64,000 nt of DNA. It comes from Mustelus asterias (taxonomy: Eukaryota). A program made the translations under genes and the position numbers. The stretch is taken from contig NW_027590274.1 in the NCBI RefSeq assembly GCF_964213995.1, positions 372,001 to 436,000 on the forward strand. The letters run 5' to 3'. The notes under the pieces are model-generated. The model did no database searches. It saw nothing but the letters and a program-made list of their open reading frames with translations, and was not told where the DNA came from. Every line of letters begins with the position of its first letter. Position 1 is the stretch's first letter. Positions 1-12,953 of this stretch are shown here, piece after piece.

Positions 1-1145
1 GATAAGGTTCACCATGGTAGGCTTCTGCAGAAAATGCAGATGTATGGGATTGGGGGTGATCTAGGAAATTGGATCAGGAATTGGCTAGCGGATAGGAAAC
101 AGAGGGTGGTGGTTGATAGTAAATATTCATCATGGAGTGCGGTTACAAGTGGTGTACCTCAGGGATCTGTTTTGGGGCCACTGCTGTTTGTAATATTTAT
201 TAATGATCTGGATGAGGGTATAGTTGGGTGGATTAGCAAATTTGCTGATGACACCAAAGTCGGTGGTGTGGTAGACAGTGAGGAAGGGTGTCGTAGTTTG
301 CAGGAAGACTTAGACAGGTTGCAAAGTTGGGCCGAGAGGTGGCGGATGGAGTTTAATGCGGAGAAGTGTGAGGTAATTCACTTTGGTAGGAATAACAGAT
401 GTGTTGAGTATAGGGCTAACGGGAGGACTTTGAATAGTGTGGAGGAGCAGAGGGATCTAGGTGTATGTGTGCATAGATCCCTGAAAGTTGGGAATCAAGT
501 AGATAAGGTTGTTAAGAAGGCATATGGTGTCTTGGCGTTTATTGGTAGGGGGATTGAATTTAGGAGTCGTAGCGTTATGTTGCAACTGTACACAACTCTG
601 GTGCGGCCGCACTTGGAGTACTGTGTGCAGTTCTGGTCCCCACATTACAGGAAGGATGTGGAGGCTTTGGAGAGGGTGCAGAGGAGGTTTACCAGGATGT
701 TGCCTGGTATGGAGGGGAGATCCTATGAGGAGAGGCTGAGGGATTTGGGATTGTTTTCGCTGGAAAGGCGGCGGCTAAGAGGGGATCTTATTGAAACATA
801 TAAGATGATTAGAGGTTTAGATAGGGTGGATAGTGATAGCCTTTTTCCTCTGATGGAGAAATCCAGCACGAGGGGGCATGGCTTTAAATTGAGGGGGGGT
901 AGTTATAGAACCGATGTCAGGGGTAGGTTCTTTACCCAGAGGGTGGTGAGGGATTGGAATGCCCTGCCAGCATCAGTAGTAAATGCGCCTAGTTTGGGGG
1001 CGTTTAAGAGATCCGTAGATAGGTTCATGGACGAAAAGAAATTGGTTTAGGTTGGAGGGTCACAGTTTTTTTTTAACTGGTCGGTGCAACATCGTGGGCC
1101 GAAGGGCCTGTTCTGCGCTGTAATGTTCTATGTTCTATGTTCTAA
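1..1145 (+). mobile_element. CR1-clade (HER1-like) LINE, 3' part of ORF2 plus 3' tail
   Basis: Uninterrupted ORF 34-1050 with RT motifs GVPQGSVLGP and FADD and the CR1 C-terminus ([15 protein letters not shown]); tail gggccgaagggcctgttct...(gttctat)n ending ~1143. Confidence 0.95.
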
Positions 1146-1534
1146 GTTTTTTCTGCTCACTCCCGACCCCTTTAGGTTCTGTAGAAAAGTTAACCCTTTC
1201 AGCAGACAGTTCATTTCTTTGTAAATCACCTGGAAACTCATGTGTCTATTTTAGTTTTTGATTGAGGATTTATGGGAACCAGTTAAATGTGGAAATTTTA
1301 AGCGGAGCCTGGAGGAATTTGGAAGAACTGTGAGAATTTTATATTGTTGTCATCTCGACCCCAGATAAAGAACAAAGATTTTGCAGCTGGCAACATGTTT
1401 GGGATTTTAAATCAACAAAGACTAGATGTTTCCTATAAAATCAGGCCTTGGAAGTTGGCTAAAAAAAGGTTAAGTTACAATGAAGGGGAATGAAGGATCT
1501 TGTGTCTTATTTTAATCAAGGAGTTGTGAGCTTA

Positions 1535-2510
1535 GACCATAAGACATAGGAGCAGAAATAGGCCACCAGACCCATCGAGTCTTCTCCGCTATTCAATCAT
1601 GGCTGATATTTTTCTCATCCCCATTCTCCTACCTTTTCCCCATAACCCCTGAATAATCCCCTTAATAATCAAGAACCTATCTATCTCTGTCTTACAGACA
1701 CTCAATGAACTGACCTCCACAGCCTTCTGCGGCAAAGAGTTCCACAGATTCACCACTCTCTGGCTGAAGAAATTCCTCCTCATCTCTGTTTTAAAGGATC
1801 ATCCCTTTAGCCTGAGGTTGTACCCTCTGGTTCTAGTTTTTCCTACCAGTGGAAACATCCTCTCCACGTCCACTCTATCCAGGCCTCGCAGTATCCTGTA
1901 AGTTTTAATAAGGTACCCCCTCATCCTTCTAAACTCCAATGAGTACAGGCCCAGAGCCCTCAACCGTTCCTCATACGACCAGCTCTTCATTCCAGGGATC
2001 ATTCTTGTGAACCTTCTCCGGACCCTTTCTAAGACCAGAATATCCTTCCTTAGATGTGCGGCCCAAAACTGCTCCGAATACTCCAAATGTGTCTGACCAG
2101 AGCCTCATACTGTCTCAGGCGTACATCCCTGCTGTTGTATTCTAGCCCTCTTGACATGAATGATAACATTGCATTTGCCTTCCTAACTGCCAACTAAACC
2201 TGCACATTAGCCTTAAGAGAATCTTGATCAATGACTCTCAAGTCCCTTTGTGCTTCTGATTTCCAAAGCATTTCCCCATTTAGGAAATAGTCTATGCCTC
2301 CATTCCTCCTACCCAAGTGCATAATCTCACACTTTTCCACATTGTACTCCATCTGCCACTTCTTTGCCCACTCTCCTGGCCCATCAAAGTCCTTCTGCAG
2401 CCCCCCTGCTCCTTCAATACTACCTGTCCCTCTACATATCTTTGTATCATCTGCAAACTTAGCAACAGTGCCTTCAGTTCCATCTTCCAAATCATTAATG
2501 TATATTGTGA
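1535..2510 (-). mobile_element. CR1-clade LINE fragment, frameshifted
   Basis: Minus-strand ORFs with KFADDTK, ERVRRRFTRMIPG, RRNFFSQRVV; 3' tail at ~1535. Confidence 0.9.
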
Positions 2511-3106
2511 AACGTTTGTAGTGCTCTGTCGCTTTAAGAAGCTATAGCTGCGAGAGAGAATGCTGAGGATTCATTTGAAATTTACGAGCTGTGAGAATCT
2601 GTGTGTTTCATTTGTTTTATGTGGATGTTTGTCGATGTGTTTTATCATTGTTTTGGGCTACATTTGTTAAGGTTTATCTTTCTGGAGAATTAACCTTCTC
2701 TTGAGTCTTTAATTAAAGGCATTTCTGGAAGTTTAGAAACAGAACCACAAGAACGCTTAAGGAATTAATTTCAGTTATTGTTGTAAAGCACATGCTAAGT
2801 TTCTCTGTTTGTGTGGATGATATTTGTGGGTTGAATGCTTCAAGCTTTGAGGTTTTCTGTCTGTGATTTAAATCAAACAGATTTAAATAAAGGACGTGTA
2901 ATTAATGAAGCTTTTTTTCACAAAAGTTGTGAACCTAGAACCACATTCACTGGCCAGAGACATGATTCCAGGATACTGTGCTAAACTTGTGGGAATTTTA
3001 ATCCGGATTCAAACTCACACATGTGAGAATGAGAGAGTTTTAATTGTAATGGTTATTTAAAATTTGGGACATGTGAAATAATTCTGACCATTCCTGTGTT
3101 CATTGA

Positions 3107-3455
3107 ATCATAGAATCCCTCCAGTGCAGAAGGGACCATTCGGCCCATCAAGTCTGCACCGAGTCTCTAACAGAGCACCTTACCCAGGCCCTCTCTCCCT
3201 GTAACTTACACAGTTACCATGGCTAACCTATCTAATCTGCACATCTTGGGACACTAAGAGGGAAATTAGCATTGCAAATCCACCTAACCCGCACATCTTT
3301 GGTCTGTTGGAGGAAACCGGAGCACCCGGAGGAAACCCACGCAAACATGGGGAGAACATGGAAAGTCCACATGGACACTCACCCAAGGCTGGAATTAAAT
3401 GGGTCCCTGGCGCTGTGAGGCAGCTGCGCTGACCACTGTGCCACCATGCCACCCT
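3107..3455 (-). mobile_element. HE1-type tRNA-derived SINE
   Basis: Reverse complement of gggtggcatggtggcacagtggtcagc head, V-domain ggtttcctccgggtgctccggtttcctcc and CR1-derived tail. Confidence 0.88.
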
Positions 3456-5934
3456 ATAGTTGAGGCCAAAACATTATCTGATTTCAAGAAGATATGAAAT
3501 ATAGCTCTTGGGGCTAAAGGAATCAAGGGATATGGAAGGAAAGTGGGAATCAGGAAATTGAATTCAATGATCAGCCATGATCAAGATGAATGGTGGAGCA
3601 GGCTCAAAGGGCTGAATGGCCTACTCCTGCTTCTAGTTTCTATGTTTCTCTCCACTGGGCCAGCATTCCATCCAGTGGCACAGTGGTTAGCACTGCTGCC
3701 TCAAAAAAGCAAATACAGCAATGGCTTTGGCATCTGCTACAATGTGACTGACAGATTGACAACGGAGTCAAGGGCATCAGGAGCAAAAGATACCCTGGGA
3801 GGTGGAGAAGAATGTGACGGAGATTACGAGCGGGTCTTTGATAGGTTTTCTAAAGAGATTCAGAAAGGAAATAGCGAGTTGGAAAAAGTCCAGAATAAAT
3901 TAATTTCCAGTTACATTGGAAACCTGTTGCCTCACAGCTGAGTACAAAATATAAAGAGTTGAGGGAACTGGTGGATAAGCTGCAGAATGGAGCTGATTGC
4001 TGGCAGGAGAGCACGTCTGACCTGGACAATCAGTTACATTGGGAACAGGGGGCAGATGATAGGGTGAGTGGAGCTCAGAAAAATCTACTGCTGTTCGGCC
4101 AAACTCTGGAACAAGATATTGATTTACAGTCAGAAAATATCAGATCAAGTGAAGAGTTAGAAAATGCCGTGGGGACTTTGAGGAAGTGAATTCAGCCACA
4201 AAGTGACACCTCCCCTGAAGCAGACCACTCCCTGTGTTTAGCTAAAATCAAACAACCTGAGACACAAATCAGTCACCAGCGAGCAGATGTAGTTGTTTTC
4301 TCCAAAACAAAAATCACTGAAAGCACTCCCCCCTCTCCTCTGCCTCTCCTGTGTGATAAGGGAATGCAGGTGTGTGAGGTTAGCCATGACTTCTGCACCA
4401 TCATGATCCACAACCCTTACTCCAAGTTGGTTTGCCCAGTTGAAGGAATTCTTAAAGCAGCGTGTTTTTTGCAAGTATCATAGATTCGAAGAATTCGTTT
4501 GGAAAGGGAATAAAAATTAATTTAATTTGAACTGCCGTGTGTTTCTGTTTGAAATAAATTCAGACTGTACTAAAATGTGAAAGGAATGTATTTGGGTTTG
4601 AAATTAAGTTGTTCAAGGTTAGAATTGTGAAGGCCAATTTGCTCCCAAAACACAAAGATAAGGCTTCAGTTTGGCAGCAAAACAGTTCCAACTTTCCAAA
4701 ACATCTGAGTTAAAATTGTTGAGATTTGGTTCACAACATATTTCACAAAGTATTTCTTTCAACTTTGATTAAGTAGCAAATATTGGAAATTGGCATTTAC
4801 AAAAAAGACAGACAAAAGAGATGAAATTTGAGCAAAATTGAAGAAAATAACACAAGAGAAGTTTTTTAAATTATGTAAGTTGATGCAATTGCCAAGTTTC
4901 CTCTGCCCACTCCCCGCCTCTCTCGGTTCCACAGAGAAGTTAACCCTTTCAGCAGACAGTTGATTTTTATAAATCTCCAAACAGCCTTTGTTTTTTAATG
5001 TAACCTGTGATTGGACATATTAACTCACTGGGATCCTGGCCAGAGCCAGATGGATTGTTTTTTTAAACAGGTGATGACGGTTTCACTCACAAACAATCCG
5101 AGTGAAGGCCGCAGTTTTGAGAATTAAAGCAAAGAATAAAAGACTTTACCTTTCAGAAAGCCCACAAGCCTGCTTTTGAGATTAGAATCGATATATCTGA
5201 CCTGGGTTGCTATTTCAAGCATTTAAAATGGAAATTACCTGGTGTTTAAGGGAAAGAACAAAATTGATAATGCCTGGAATCAAACAGAAATGTTCGGTTT
5301 CTGTTAAAAGATATTATGAGAATACTTAATGATTTATTTGACTCCAAAGATTCTCCAGAACTCCTGAAAGTGTAGTTTAAAGCAATCCATACATTTGGGT
5401 GTTTATGAAGATTTGAGTGAAAGGGAAGTCCAGATGAGATGAATGAGGTGACAGTTTTCTCTTGGAGATATTTGTTTCTTTGTCTATGAACTATTTGAGA
5501 GAACGGAATTTGATAATCTGGCCATCAGATGAGACATTGGGACTGTACAGGGGGAAATAAGCAAAGACATTGAGATGAAGAACCCCTTTGACTCTGACTT
5601 TTGACTTTCTTCTGAAGATTCTTCCAGAATTATTTAATGGTGCTTCCTTTGTAAGAAAGTGGAATCCAGGATGATGAAACTGATTGGTAAAAAACACAGC
5701 ACAATCCTAAAAGACCTGATAAACCTTCCACAAATGTAAAACAATGATTTGTTGGAGAGGGAAAAGAGATGCCAACAAGCATGACAAAAGTCTGTCTGGT
5801 TAAAAATAAAATGAGAGGCAACGTTTAACAGGGAGGGACGTGTGTGAAGATGGCTGATGAGCCTGAGACTCCAACAGGGGGTTAAAGGAGGAATTGGAAC
5901 ACCGATGTGAGATTGCAGAAGTGGTTTGTAAATT

Positions 5935-6202
5935 AGAACAAAGAACAAAACAGCACAGGAACAGGCCCTTCGGCCCTCCAAGCCCGCGCCGCTCCCTGGT
6001 CCAAACTAGAGCATTCTTTTGTATCCCTCCATTCCCACTCCGTTCATATGGCTGTCTAGATAAGTCTTAAACGTCCCCAGTGTGTCCGCCTCCACCACCT
6101 TGCCTGGCAGCGCATTCCAGGCCCCCACCACCCTCTGTGTAAAATATGTCCGTCTGATATCTGTGTTAAACCTCCCCCCCTTCACATTGAACCTATGACC
6201 CG
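5935..6202 (-). mobile_element. CR1 LINE 3' fragment
   Basis: GHRFNVKGGRFNTDIRRTYFTQRVV and gggccgaagggcctgttcc tail. Confidence 0.85.
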
Positions 6203-6254
6203 TGAAGGAACTGACATCCGACAGTACACGGTGGAACTGCACTGAAGAATAAAG

Positions 6255-6520
6255 GGTGGCATGGTGGCACAGTGGTTAGCACTGCTGCCTCACAGCACCA
6301 AGGACTCGGGTTCAATTCTGGCTTTGGGTGACTGTGTGGAGTTTGCACATTTTCCCCAAGTCTGTGTGGGTTTCCTCCAGGTGCTCCAGTTTCTTCCCTC
6401 AGTCCAAAGATTGGCAGGTTAGGTTGATTGGCCATAGTAAATTGTCCCTTCATGTCAGGGGAACGAGCAGGGTAAATAAGTGGTATTATGGGGATAGGGC
6501 CTGATGGGATTGTGGTCTGG
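6255..6520 (+). mobile_element. HE1-type SINE
   Basis: gggtggcatggtggcacagtggttagcactgctgcctcacag head with A/B boxes and V-domain. Confidence 0.88.
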
Positions 6521-7248
6521 GGAAATGCTTAGGAAATCAGAAGCACAAAGGGACTTGTAAGTTCTGGTTCAGGACTCTCTTAAGGTTAACGTGCAGGTTC
6601 AGTTGACAGTTTGGAAGGCAAATGCAATGTTAGCATTCATGTCGAGAGGGCTAGAATACAAGAGCAGGGATGTACTTCTGAGGCTGTCTAAGGCTCTGGT
6701 CAGACCCCATTTGGAGTATTGTGAGCAGTTTTGGGCCCCTTATCTAAGGAAGGATGTGCTGGCCTTGGAAGGGGTCCAGAGGAGGTTCACAAGAATGATC
6801 CCTGGAATGAAGAGCTTCTCGTATGAGGAATGGTTGAGGACTCTGGGTCTGTACTCATTGGAGTTTGGAAGGATGAGGGGGGATCTAATTGAAATTTACA
6901 GAAGCCTGAGAGGCCTGGAGAGAGTGGACGTGGAGAGGGTGTTTCCACCAGTGGGAGAGTCGAGAACTCGAGGGCACAACCTCAGAGTGAAGGGATGATC
7001 CTTTAAAACAGATGAGGAGGAATTTCTTCAGCCAGAGTGGTGAATCTTTGGAAGGAGAGCTGTGGAGACCCGGTCATTGAGTGTCTTTAAGACAGAGATA
7101 GACAGGTTCTTGATTAATAACTGGATCAAGGGTTACGGGGAGAAGACAGGAGAATGGGGACAAGAATCAGATCAGCCATGATTTAATGGCAGAGCAGATT
7201 CGACGGGCCAAATGGCCTAATCCTGCTCCTATATCTTATGGTCTTATG
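6520..7248 (+). mobile_element. CR1 LINE 3' fragment
   Basis: ORF 6591-6998 [15 protein letters not shown]; tail tggcctaatcctgctcctatatcttatggtcttatg. Confidence 0.9.
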
Positions 7249-7764
7249 ATTACATTAGAACGGTCTGGGTATTCTGTATCTGAGATCATCAATATAATTT
7301 CTCCCATTGATCACTGGTTTTTAATAAAGTTTTACCTTGATACTGTGACATTGGTTTCCGGAGTATAATTGCCACCTTGTCGGAGAAACCCGCTAACAAA
7401 TGGTGTGGAAGGGGTTCTGGGTTAATTAGCAGAACGACAGGCAGAGTCTGAGGTTTAGCAACAGCTGGGGAGGAAAGAGTTACAGGGATTCCCTGTACTG
7501 CCTGGGGTGGTGGTGGAGGCAGATACAATAGGGGCTTTTAGATAAGCACATGAATATGTAAGGAATAGAGGAATATGGACCAAGGGCAGGCAGAAAGGAA
7601 TCGTTTAATTTGGCATCATGTTTAACGCAACATCGTGGGCTGAAGGGTCTGTTCCTGTGCTGTACTGTTCTATGTTCTATTTGTGATCTCCATTTAGAAA
7701 AAGGAAACAGAGGCACTGGAGGAGGGGCAAGAAAGATTCACAAGAATAATCCCAGAACTGTCAT

Positions 7765-9040
7765 CACTTGTGAACTCACTGGTGTTTCACCAAGTTTGCT
7801 GACTGAGTGAATCACAGTCAGAGCAGGTGACCAGCCTCTGCCCAGTGTGAACTCACTGAAGTACCCATGGGTTGGATGACTTAGTGAATCCCTTCCCACA
7901 CTGAGAGCAGCTCCCCAGTGTGAACTCGCTGGTGTTTCGGCAGTGCTGAAGATATTCTAAATCTCTTTGAGCAGTGAGAGCAGCTGAACGGCCTCTCCTC
8001 AGTGTGAATGCGCTGGTGGGACATCAGCTCTGAGAGCTTTTGAAGCCACTTCCACAGTCAGAGCATTTGAAAGGCCTCAGATTGGTGTGAGTGACTTTAT
8101 GTCTGAGCAGGCTGGATGACTGAGTGAATCCCTTCCCACACAAAGAGCAGGTAAATGGTCTCTCCCCAGTGTGAACTCGCTGGTGGGACACCAGTTCTCC
8201 AGAGCTTTTGAATCTGCTCCCACAGTCAGAGCATTTAAAGGATCTCTCATTGGTGTGAGTGAGATTATGACTCAGCAGGTGGGATAACTGAGTGAATCCC
8301 TTCCCACAGTCAGAACAGGTGAATGGTCACTCCCCAGTGTGAACTCGCTGGTGTCTCTGCAGATTGGATGAGCTTTTAAACCTCTTTCTGCAGTGAGAGC
8401 ATCTGAACGGTCTCTCCTCAGTGTGACACCTGGTGGGACACTGGTTCTCCAGAGGTTTTGAAGCCAATGCTACAGTCAGAGCATTTAAACGTTCCCTCAT
8501 TGGTGTGAGTGAGATTGTGTTTCTGCAGGCTGGATAACTGAGTGAATCCCTTCCCGCACACAGAGCAGGTGAATGGCCGCTCCCCAGTGTGACTGCATCG
8601 ATGAGATTCCAGCTGTGATGGGACCCTGAATCGCCTCCCACAGTCCCCACATTTCCACGGTTTCCCCCTGGTGCGGGTGTTCTTGTGACTCTCCAGGTTC
8701 AACAATCAGTTAAATCTCACACAGAACACGGGTACAGTCTCTCCCCGCTGTGAACGCTGCGGTGTATTTTCTGGCTGTGTAACTGGTTGAATCTCTTCCC
8801 ACACAGTACACTGGAACACACTCACTCGGGTGTATCTGTGTCTCAGTGATTTTTCAGTTACATTTATGTTAAAAAAAATTCTGAAGCAGACAGAACAGAA
8901 AAAGATTTCTCCTTTTAGATTCAAAGGCCAGTGATATTCAGGTCCTGATCAAATGAATAAATCTGTCAGGTCTTGATGTGTTGTTTGATTTGAGATTTCT
9001 GCCTGTAAATCCTCACCTTCTGCAAATCTATCCTGCAAAA
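7765..9040 (-). pseudogene. C2H2 zinc-finger pseudogene (ZNF-A)
   Basis: [16 protein letters not shown] repeats split over several frames by frameshifts and stops; the paralogous first-exon donor at 10601-10606 is mutated (gtgagt to gagagt). Confidence 0.88.
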
Positions 9041-9271
9041 GGAGTTTATAAGATTCATCAGTGTTAGTACAGGATAGAAATTCAGAACAGACAATTCTAG
9101 TTTCTATGGAACATTCTTTCCTCTCTCATTCCCCAAAAGCTGTAAATCTCCATCCCACACACTCTCCCTCCATTCTCACTCTGCTGTATCTAATATTCAC
9201 CCTACCAATTCTTCAAAAGGTGCTGATTCAGGCTGATTGACAGATCTATGCTCACTGCTTCCTGTCCTGGG

Positions 9272-10023
9272 TGTGGAGATGTTGGCGTTGGACTGGGGTA
9301 GACACAGTAAGAAGTTTCACAACACCAGGTTAAAGTCCAACAGCTTTATTAGTAGCAGGAGCTTTCGGAGCACTGCTCCTTCATCAGCTGTGTGCAGGAT
9401 TTGGTTCGCAAACAGGGCACATATAGACACAAACTCCATTATAAGATAATGGTTGGAATGCGAGTCTTAACAGGTAATCAAGTCTTTCCAGGTACAATGT
9501 GAGTGGAGAGAGGGTTAAGCACAGGTTAAAGAGGTGTGAATTGTCTCAATGTTGTCTCAATTGTCTCACGTTGTTTCTATCTTAAAGACTTGATTAGCTG
9601 TAAGTATTCGCATTCCAACCATTATTCATGTAAATTGAGTCTGTGTCTTTATCTGCCCTGTTTGTGAACAGAATTCCCACTCACCTGAAGAAGGGGCTTG
9701 GAGCTCCGAAAGCTTGTGTGGCTTTTGCGACCAAATAAACCTGTTGGACTTTAACCTGGTGTTGTTAAACTTCTTACTGAATTGTCTCAAGCCAGGACAG
9801 TTAGTGAGATTTTGCAAGCCCAGCAAGTTGTGGGGGTTACAGATAGTGTGACATGAACCCAAGATCCTGGTTGAGACCGTCCTCGTGTGTGCGGAACTTG
9901 GCTATCAGTTTCTGCTCAGCGATTCTGCGCTGTCGTGAGTCTTGAAGGCCGCCTTGGAGAACACTTACCCGAAGATCAAGGGCATTCAGCCTCTGATCTT
10001 CGGGTAAGTGTTCGCCAAGGCGG
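9272..10023. mobile_element. Penelope-like element 3' end with nested inverted pseudo-LTR and terminal fold-back
   Basis: Same pLTR sequence as the GIY-YIG-bearing copy at 26690-27335; minus copy 9272-9550, plus copy ~9575-9780, continuation to ~9980, hairpin 9949-10023. Confidence 0.8.
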
Positions 10024-10599
10024 TTTATAGTTTAGTTTTGATTGTTTATTAATTAGTGTCACAAGGAGGCTTACATTAACACTGCAATTAAGTCACTTGA
10101 AAATCATGAAAAAAGTGCAAAAAATCTATGAAGTTACTGTGAGAGTCGGTATGGACTCGAGTTGTCCAATGGACTCCTTCTGTGCTGTAATTACTCTATA
10201 ACTGGAAATATATAACGTAGCTACAGTACAATATGACAAGATTGGAATGATAAATACATTTATTGCAGGACCAGGAATAAACCTGGCTGATATAACAACA
10301 CTGGACATATGTCTGTCCTATATTAATTTACTGTCCCCTTAAATGTCAGCCATCTCCTGGGGAAACCAGCCCTTCAATTGTGAACATTAGGAAAGAGACC
10401 ATCCTTTTAGCCAGACAAATAAATGTGTCAAGCTGAGGGAGCAAAGGATGTCAATGTCTTTAAGAGAGAGAGAGACCTGGGCCAACCTTTCTAGAGTCTG
10501 CAGCCTCCCTGGATTCACTTCCTTCCTTCAGTTGCTGCAAGTCCCCAATTTCCCCCAGAATGAGAAAAGAAATGGAAAGGGGGAGAAAAGAAAGTGTTT

Positions 10600-11060
10600 T
10601 ACTCTCAGATGTTGGAGACAGGAGGAAGTTTCAGTCTGTCTGAAGCGCAATCTTCATTCACGCAAAGCCGGCGCTCTGATGAGCTGGAGAACCAGAGTCC
10701 TTTCGGTCCTCCAACTCTTCCTATTAGTGAACACCTCAGAAGGGCAGGGGATGGACTCTCCCCTGGACATGCGCCTCTCCCTTGGACAGCCGCCGTCCTT
10801 GGCCGGGGGGAGGGGGAGATCACTGAGCGGCTTCTCGCTCTGGCCGGAGCTGTCAGCCGGTTGCCTGGAAACCTTGGCTCGATGTGGTGCAGGGGGAGGG
10901 GAACAATGGGTGGGGGCGGGGCTCCCGGGTCCGCGCGCCCGGGCTTGCTCACTGGAACCCGGAGAGGTCACCGCGGAGCAGAGTGATTCCTATTGGCTAA
11001 TTCAAGGATGGCTCCACTGTGATGTCACAAAGGGGAAGTTGGCCAATGATGATGTAATTT
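10600..11060 (-). promoter_or_regulatory. CpG-rich promoter and non-coding first exon of ZNF-A
   Basis: GC box ggggcgggg, CCAAT boxes (attgg ~10992, ccaat ~11043), sequence homologous to first exons at 61291-61400 and 61690-61843. Confidence 0.7.
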
Positions 11061-12362
11061 AAACAATGCCTGAGATCACTTCACTTCTTGGTCAGACCCC
11101 CTTTTCAGTCCAGTGCTACTTGGAGTTTACCGTCAATTCAACAACTATTGGGTTACAAGTCCCTCACAGTTCTGATCACAAATTCATGATAAAATAATTC
11201 AAATAATGCATGAGAACACTTCTTAACTAACTACCTACCACTGTTTGTTGATTGATCAGACCCCCTTTTTACAGATTCGGGTATCTCAGCCGCTGAACAC
11301 CAGCCGGTCCTGGAATAAGTTTAATTCTAACTCATTCTGAGTAAATATTCTCAGCAGGTCCTCTGTTGGGGCCCTGCTAAGCAGCTTTAATGGTTCATGA
11401 TTGCAGAAACTGAGAAGTCACAGGAACGTGGTCAAGATAGTCCAGTCCCATAATGCCTCACATTCAATCTGCAGTCCTTCAGTTATAACAGAATATGTGG
11501 CTGTATGTAGCTGCCTCGGCCACGATTAGCGCCAACACTGCCTTCCTGAACTGCTACAATGCCTAAGGTGTAAGTACACCCACAGTGCTGTTAGGGAGGG
11601 ATTTCCAGCTACACATTCCACATTTCCTCTAGACTGTGGGTGGATACGAGATTGATACATTTCATTCAACTGCACCCAAGCTGAGTTATTCAAATCCCTT
11701 TATTGTACAGGACAATATATTCATTATTTCTTTAAAACAGAAATTAAACATTCCCATTTGATTTCAGGTATTAACATATTCTGTTAGTTTGTTCTTTATT
11801 GTCAATGTCAGGCTGGGGTTGTTCCTCTTGGAGCAAAGGAGGTTGAGGGGAGATTTGATAGAGGTGGACGAGATTCTGACAGGTTTAGATAAGGTGGACA
11901 AAGAAAAGCTGTTCCCATTAGCTGATGGGACAAGGATGAGGGGGTCACAGATTTATGGTTTTGGGTCAGAGAGGAAGGGGGGGATGTGAGGAAGAATATT
12001 TTGATGGAGTGAATGGTAATGACCTGGTACTCGCTGCCTACGAGGGAGGAGGAAGTGGAGACAATAAACAATTACAAAGGAAATTGGATGGGCATTGGGA
12101 GGTTTCAAACAGAAATGCTGACTAAATATCTCTGAATTTCCTAACATCCTGTCACTCTGTGATCCTTGCGAAATCTGATACCAGATATTCACAACAAGAC
12201 TCAAAGAGCATCAGCCCACTGGAGGCAAAGTCATGAGACCGGCCAGTCCAGCAGAAAGAAACCCTCCGACCCTCCCCATTGACCAACTGTGAGAATGAAC
12301 AAAATGCAGTCCTGGATGTAATTGAGAGCAGAAACAATAACAGCAGAATCCAACCTCTGGAA

Positions 12363-12953
12363 TCACTCGTGAGCGTTTTGGTGTCTCAGCAGGTGGGATG
12401 AAGCTCTGAACCCCTTCCCACACTGAGAGCAGATGAATGGCCTCTCCCCAGTGTGAAGTCGCTGGTGCGTCTGCAGGCTGGATAACTGAGTGAATCCCTT
12501 CCCACACTGAGAGCAGGTGAATGGTCTCTCCCCAGTGTGAACTCGCTGGTGTTTCTGCAGGTGAGCTAATTGACTGAACCCCTTCTCACACTGAGAGCAG
12601 GTGAATGGCCTCTCCCCAGTGTGAAGTCGCTGGTGCGTCTGCAGGCTGCATAACTGAGTGAATCCCTTCCCACACTGAGAGCAGGTGAATGGTCTCTCCC
12701 CAGTGTGAACTCGCTGGTGTTTCTGCAGGTTAGCTAATTGACTGAACCCCTTCTCACACTGAGAGCAGGTGAATGGTCTCTCCCCAGTGTGAACTCGCTG
12801 GTGTGTCCGCAGGGTGGATAAATCAGTGAATCCCTTCTCACACTGAGAGCAGGTGAATGGTCTCTCCCCAGTGTGGCTGCGCCGATGAACTTCCAGCTGA
12901 GATGGGGCTCTGCATCCCTTCCCACAGTCCCCACATTTCCATGGTTTCTCCAT
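12363..12953 (-). CDS. C2H2 zinc-finger protein, 7 fingers, no KRAB seen (ZNF-B)
   Basis: Open frame from [11 protein letters not shown] with 7 tandem TGERP-linked fingers; family splice acceptor at 13276-13277. Confidence 0.85.
   Translation of the reverse strand: MEKPWKCGDCGKGCRAPSQLEVHRRSHTGERPFTCSQCEKGFTDLSTLRTHQRVHTGERPFTCSQCEKGFSQLANLQKHQRVHTGERPFTCSQCGKGFTQLCSLQTHQRLHTGERPFTCSQCEKGFSQLAHLQKHQRVHTGERPFTCSQCGKGFTQLSSLQTHQRLHTGERPFICSQCGKGFRASSHLLRHQNAHE

Noticed and set aside
10448-11062. Overlapping ORFs in CpG islands (also 15.3-15.7, 25.9-26.5 and 61.3-61.8 kb)
   Set aside because: Expected stop-codon scarcity in GC-rich promoters; only EMC4 exon 1 is supported
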